Assembly: GCA_963932905.1 (NCBI GenBank)
Contig: CAWVRN010000005.1
Span: 96,001 to 160,000, forward strand
Origin: an uncultured Bdellovibrio sp.
GTDB taxonomy: Bacteria; Bdellovibrionota; Bdellovibrionia; Bdellovibrionales; Bdellovibrionaceae
Reading direction: 5' to 3'
Length of the DNA: 64,000 bases
Part shown: positions 59,338 through 64,000 of the stretch, in pieces
Numbering within the stretch: the first letter of the stretch is position 1
Layout of the letters: each line of letters starts with the position of its first letter
The notes under the pieces: model-generated
Seen by the model: only the letters and a program-made list of their open reading frames with translations
Told to the model about the DNA's origin: nothing
Databases searched by the model: none
Made by a program: the position numbers and the translations under genes

Positions 59338-61481
59338 TTAAATACACCTTCGTTCTTATTATGAATAAGTTGGAATTCGCTTGGCTCTGTCCATTCGGAA
59401 ATACGGGCGGCTTCCGCGTCGATTTGCCGAACGCGCCAGTAGACTTTCCCAAGAGGTAATTTCGTTTTGATTAAGAACTTGGCTTCGTTCAGCTTTTGGC
59501 GCGTATGAATGTTTTTGAAATCCTTATCGAATGCAATTTCTAGTTCATAATCCTTTTGATCAGACGAAGATTCCCAGTTTAACCAAATAAATGGTTCGAT
59601 TTCTTTCTGTAAAAATACTGTCATCTTGTTTTTTGGCTCAATCAGAACTGGTTTTGGTAAACGTTTGATGTAGCTGTAAGTAGAAGACTGAATATTAGAT
59701 GGTTCAGACTTTTGTTGCATGCTTGAATCTGATGCAATGACACGGAAATGGAACTCACCGGTCTTTTTAACATTGTAAGTTAGGCTTGTAGAATTTAATT
59801 CAAACTTCTCTGGAGCTTGGAAGTCTTTGGAATCCGAAACCTCCACCACATATTTGCTGGCTAGATAAACAGGGTTCCAGCTTAACTTCATTGTAGCTTC
59901 TGGTGCTGCGCCGTCTGGATTGTCGCCGCGTAATACAACGGGTGGAACCGTATTTAATTTTGGTGCGTTGAATTTGGTTTGTAGTTCGCCGACTTCACTG
60001 AAATCGCTAGAAACGTCTTCGCTGTTAATAGCGCGTACACGATAGTAGTGTGGGCCATAGGCTTTGGGAACAAAGTTAACCTGAGTTGTCTTCGATGAAA
60101 GCTTAACCGGTTTTGAAAAGTTTGGATCTTTGAATGACATTTCGACTTCGTATTTAGTCGCTTGGGCCGACGGTTGCCATTTAACGACAATAGGATTGAT
60201 TGAAGACGGTGATCGCGAAGCTGACGTATTGAACGTTAGCTTTTTAGATAACAAAATGGGAACGTCTGGTTTAACGATTTCTTTAAGATGGACGAAAACT
60301 TCAAATGTGCGTGTTTCGCTCCAGTCGCTAACGAGTGCCTGCTTCTTACCGCGTGCGCGCACGTAGTAGGTTCCATTTCCTAACATTTGATTTAAAGCAT
60401 ACGATTTGATTAACTCTTTGTCATAGATAGGCTGACTAAAATCGGGTGTCGTTGCCAATTGTACCTGAATGGTTTCGTAGATATTTGTCCACGAAATTTT
60501 TACTGGTTCACGGTGAGCCGAAGTGTCGCCTTTTACCTCTACATCAAATTTTTTACCTTCGGTGGGTTCAACGATAGCTAATTTTTCTAAGTACTGAACT
60601 GTGAATGTTCTTTCCGGTGTGGTGATGGTAGCGCCACTACTTTCTTGGCCTGATATTTTCCAGAAATAAGTGCCGGCTGGTAGATCTTTTACTAAAACTT
60701 TGGATTTAATATTAGATGCTGTTAAGACTACGGTTTTGAAGTCTTTGTCTTTACCAATAGTTAATTCATTTTTCTCTGTACCTTGGCTATGCCAATCTAG
60801 ATAGAATGTTTTTTCAAGAGAGCTTTGAAAGAACGTAGTTTTGTCGTCCGTAATTAGAGTGATAGATCCCGGAACTAGTTTTTGAACAACCCCCGTGGGT
60901 TTGATAACCAAAGGCTGTTCTGGCACTAGTGCTTCAACATTCGAGTTAGTCGTTTGTTTAACAGATAGTTTGCCTGAAATAAGTTTGATTTTTGTTAAGC
61001 CAAATTTGGTTTTTTTGATTTCAAGTTTGGAAGTTTTGGATTCCTTGTTAAGAAGGATTTTTTGTGAACCAGCTTTAAGTTCTAGTTTTGAAGACTGAAC
61101 GATTTCAGTTTGAATATTACCGTAACGTAGATTTAGTTCTAAGTTTCCATTTTTAGAAACAAGGGTTACAAGCGAATTTTCATTTAGGAAGATTTTCGAG
61201 CCGTCTACCAGATCGATTTGTGTTTGTGAACGTTTTCCAGTGAATACGCTATCGCGTTCAAATACGACTTCTGATTTATGTGCTGAATTCCATGTAAAGC
61301 TATCGCTGGCACGCAGACGCACATCATTTTTTGCTTGATTGATATAACCGATTTTGGAATTTCTAGATTCGCGATTTTGAAAAAGGAACGAATCATCGTA
61401 TAAAAAATACGAAAACACGCACATGATTGCGATGGCAAGAACCAATATTACTTTGTCGGTACGATTAAACTTCAATGGCAT
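59334..61481 (-). CDS. Membrane-anchored FecR-domain protein with Fn3/Ig-like repeats
   Basis: N-terminal TM; DSVFTG...DGSKIFLNENS (FecR-like); repeated W...Y.VE.S...F...Y..RV.A modules; start probably ATG 61481. Confidence 0.8.
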   Translation of the reverse strand: MPLKFNRTDKVILVLAIAIMCVFSYFLYDDSFLFQNRESRNSKIGYINQAKNDVRLRASDSFTWNSAHKSEVVFERDSVFTGKRSQTQIDLVDGSKIFLNENSLVTLVSKNGNLELNLRYGNIQTEIVQSSKLELKAGSQKILLNKESKTSKLEIKKTKFGLTKIKLISGKLSVKQTTNSNVEALVPEQPLVIKPTGVVQKLVPGSITLITDDKTTFFQSSLEKTFYLDWHSQGTEKNELTIGKDKDFKTVVLTASNIKSKVLVKDLPAGTYFWKISGQESSGATITTPERTFTVQYLEKLAIVEPTEGKKFDVEVKGDTSAHREPVKISWTNIYETIQVQLATTPDFSQPIYDKELIKSYALNQMLGNGTYYVRARGKKQALVSDWSETRTFEVFVHLKEIVKPDVPILLSKKLTFNTSASRSPSSINPIVVKWQPSAQATKYEVEMSFKDPNFSKPVKLSSKTTQVNFVPKAYGPHYYRVRAINSEDVSSDFSEVGELQTKFNAPKLNTVPPVVLRGDNPDGAAPEATMKLSWNPVYLASKYVVEVSDSKDFQAPEKFELNSTSLTYNVKKTGEFHFRVIASDSSMQQKSEPSNIQSSTYSYIKRLPKPVLIEPKNKMTVFLQKEIEPFIWLNWESSSDQKDYELEIAFDKDFKNIHTRQKLNEAKFLIKTKLPLGKVYWRVRQIDAEAARISEWTEPSEFQLIHNKNEGVFK

Positions 61482-61651
61482 GACAGGGTCTTTATCGTCC
61501 GATTGTAAAGAAATCATTACCAAATAAAGGTCCAGACATTTTAAAATTCCAAAATGGCCCGGCTCTATTTAGGTCCAGGTATACTAGACCTTTCCCTGAC
61601 CAGCCTCTTTATTAGTTATCTTTTGAGACAGTTCCTTTTAAAATCAAAGGT

Positions 61652-63487
61652 GTGAAAAAAAGAACTTTCTCCTTAAAATACAAGATTTTACTATTATTAA
61701 CAGTTATCCCTAGTATCGCCTTATTTACCTATGTGTTATTGGCGATGAATATTTTTACTAAAGATAAGATAGCTTACATTTACGACTCGTCCGGTAATTT
61801 GTCTCAGGCGTTGTCACAGCAGTTGAGGGTTATGATAACGGGTGTGATTTCAAATAATAAATCCGTCTTTCAAGAATTTGTGACATCCAAAGTTTTCGGA
61901 AGTACAGCACAAGCCCATTTTGAAAACGAAAATGCCACGGACGCTATTCTTGCCTATGAGATAGATGAAACGACCAAGCAAATTACGTTTCTTTCTATGA
62001 TGGCCCGAAACAAGACAGACTATGGTAGTCTGCAAAAGAAGATCGACACTCAAGTTCAATACGAAGTACAATATATAAAGGGAAATCAACGTATTCTTTA
62101 TAACTTAGATCAAAATGACAAAATCTATTTTTTAGAAAAGACCACACCTATCGCAGGAACTAAGGCCATCTACTTTGTAGTAGTTATTAAAGCTGAAGAA
62201 TTTTACGACACATTTTCTACTAGCTCGGCTCAACAGTTATTCCTGATTAATCAATTTGGCCAAGTAGTTTTAGGGCCTGGCCAAGTTCCTGAAAAAGATA
62301 TCTCAAAAGTTTTTGATCTAAAGTTTTTAAAAAATAAAGATAATCGTTTCCAGCAGGGGGTAGAAGAAACTACCGATATGGATAAGAAAGAAATGATCAT
62401 TTCTTTCTCGGAGATTGGCTTTGGAGATTCTTATGTATTGGCGGCGGTAAAGAAAGAATTGGCGTTGTCTGCGCTGGATCAATTGTTGAAAAAATCCATC
62501 GTGTTCTTCGTGTTGCTTGTTGCTGTGATCGCGATCGTATCGCTGTTTGCGTCAGGCTCTGTGACGAATGCATTGACTCAATTATTTGAGGCAACTGAAA
62601 AAGTCAGTCAAGGCAGATTCGATATTCAAGTTAAAGTGAAAACATCTGACGAGATTGGCGTCTTGGCAGACAATTTTAATTTGATGGCCAGAGAAGTTTC
62701 GCGTTTGTTAGAGCAAACAGCAGAAAATGCACGTATGCAGAATGAATTACAGACGGCAAAAACTGTTCAGGAAACACTCTTTCCTGAACCTAACGCTCTA
62801 TTGGAAAAAATTTCTATATCGGGATTTTATGAGCCAGCCAGCGAGTGTGGTGGTGATTGGTGGCATTATTGTACGATCAATAATCGCGTGTTCTTCTGGA
62901 TTGGGGATGCGACTGGGCACGGAGCTCCGTCCGCATTAATTACTAGCGCGGCCAAGTCAGCAGCGGCAATTATCGAATCTTTAGATGTTGGGCCGGGTAG
63001 TGCGATGGAGTATTTGAACCGTTGTATCTATGAGGTTTCGCGCGGTCGTCTGATGATGACATTCTTCATTGCCTGTTATGATCCCAAAACAAAAAAGCTA
63101 ACGTACGCAAATGCGTCTCATGAATCACCTTATTTAATCAAGAAGAAATCGGGTCCAATTAAGAAGAAAGATTTGATTCCTTTAAATGAAGTTAATAATC
63201 CCAGATTGGGACAGGGTCGTAGTACGAAATATGATGAAACAACAGTGGACTTTGAATTTGAAGATTTCATTTTCTTCTACACAGACGGTGTGCCTGACGT
63301 AAGAAATGGATCTGAGACGGCTTGGGGCGAGCGTGAGTTCCTTAAAACAATCGTCGAGACTCAGACTGATTTCCCTCCTGTAGATGTTTTTATTGAAAGA
63401 TTTGTAAATAAAATGCAAACTTATAGAAGTGGCTCTACACTAGTGGATGATGTCACTTTTTTCGGAATTAAAAATTTAAATGGCTAA
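61652..63487 (+). CDS. Membrane PP2C/SpoIIE-family phosphatase with periplasmic sensor and HAMP domain
   Basis: Two TM segments, DEIGVLADNFNLM (HAMP), GGDWW, GDATGHG, YTDGV, DDVT. Confidence 0.92.
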   Translation: MKKRTFSLKYKILLLLTVIPSIALFTYVLLAMNIFTKDKIAYIYDSSGNLSQALSQQLRVMITGVISNNKSVFQEFVTSKVFGSTAQAHFENENATDAILAYEIDETTKQITFLSMMARNKTDYGSLQKKIDTQVQYEVQYIKGNQRILYNLDQNDKIYFLEKTTPIAGTKAIYFVVVIKAEEFYDTFSTSSAQQLFLINQFGQVVLGPGQVPEKDISKVFDLKFLKNKDNRFQQGVEETTDMDKKEMIISFSEIGFGDSYVLAAVKKELALSALDQLLKKSIVFFVLLVAVIAIVSLFASGSVTNALTQLFEATEKVSQGRFDIQVKVKTSDEIGVLADNFNLMAREVSRLLEQTAENARMQNELQTAKTVQETLFPEPNALLEKISISGFYEPASECGGDWWHYCTINNRVFFWIGDATGHGAPSALITSAAKSAAAIIESLDVGPGSAMEYLNRCIYEVSRGRLMMTFFIACYDPKTKKLTYANASHESPYLIKKKSGPIKKKDLIPLNEVNNPRLGQGRSTKYDETTVDFEFEDFIFFYTDGVPDVRNGSETAWGEREFLKTIVETQTDFPPVDVFIERFVNKMQTYRSGSTLVDDVTFFGIKNLNG

Positions 63488-63495
63488 GGGAACGT

Positions 63496-63969
63496 ATGTC
63501 TAAATTTGAGCTGAAAATAGATAAAAATGCCGATGCGGCTAAAATTACTATTGCTGGAGTTATTGACGAGGATGTTGATTTTAACGAGTTCAGTCTAAAC
63601 GGTATAAATCAAATGGAATTTGATTTAAACAGCGTTAAAAGCATTAATTCCTGCGGTATTCGTGAATGGATTAAATGGCTTGGGACCAACTCTAAAGCTA
63701 AAATGACTTATGTAAATTGTCCTAAAATCATTATTGACCAAATCAATATGGTGGATGGATTTCTGCCACAAAATGGAAAAGTTCTATCGTTTTACGTTCC
63801 TTATTATAACGACGATAGCGGAACTGAAAAAAATGTTTTGTTTCGACACGGTACTGAGTTTACAGACACGTCGGTGACGCCTCCTGAGAAAGTCCTGGAC
63901 GAAACTGGTAACCCTATGGAGATGGATGTGATCGAGTCTAAATATTTCAAATTTTTGGCTAAAAAATAG
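63496..63969 (+). CDS. STAS-like (anti-anti-sigma-type) protein
   Basis: GVIDED, FDLNSVKSINSCGIREW; located directly after the PP2C phosphatase. Confidence 0.75.
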   Translation: MSKFELKIDKNADAAKITIAGVIDEDVDFNEFSLNGINQMEFDLNSVKSINSCGIREWIKWLGTNSKAKMTYVNCPKIIIDQINMVDGFLPQNGKVLSFYVPYYNDDSGTEKNVLFRHGTEFTDTSVTPPEKVLDETGNPMEMDVIESKYFKFLAKK

Positions 63970-64000
63970 ACCGACGCCTCTAGTCTCTGGTCCAGTAGAA

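Noticed and set aside
1357..63418. Remaining 60-140 aa ORFs nested in or antisense to long genes
   Set aside because: No motifs or RBS and fully explained as alternative frames of the annotated CDS

Overview
This window looks like chromosomal DNA from a Bdellovibrio-like predatory bacterium (Bdellovibrionota). That assignment is inferred from gene content: a type IVa pilin beside dnaJ/dnaK, many secreted proteases, large orphan lipoproteins, and GGDEF, HD-GYP and PP2C signalling proteins. It holds about 50 CDS. Housekeeping genes are dnaJ, dnaK, cysK, acs, purK/purE, dus, grxC, mutS2, lnt, dcd and an rpmG that the ORF track missed. The rest are signalling genes and envelope or secreted proteins. 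I found no rRNA, tRNA, CRISPR array, transposase or phage genes. The most unusual signal is non-coding: two intergenic rod-shaped elements of almost equal length (30767-31005, 239 nt; 41998-42237, 240 nt). Their long stems (35-39 bp) differ in sequence between copies, but both share the same internal-loop motif and bulge geometry. This suggests an uncharacterised family of structured RNA or ssDNA elements. Other highlights are a FAN1-like nuclease fused to a DnaQ-type exonuclease, a putative sigma54-driven operon (giant secreted protein, giant subtilase, lipoprotein), a PAS/coiled-coil module shared by a diguanylate cyclase and a CheA-like kinase, a putative FliA-driven O-acetylation operon, and many apparently leaderless genes. 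All calls come from reading motifs by eye; no database search was run.
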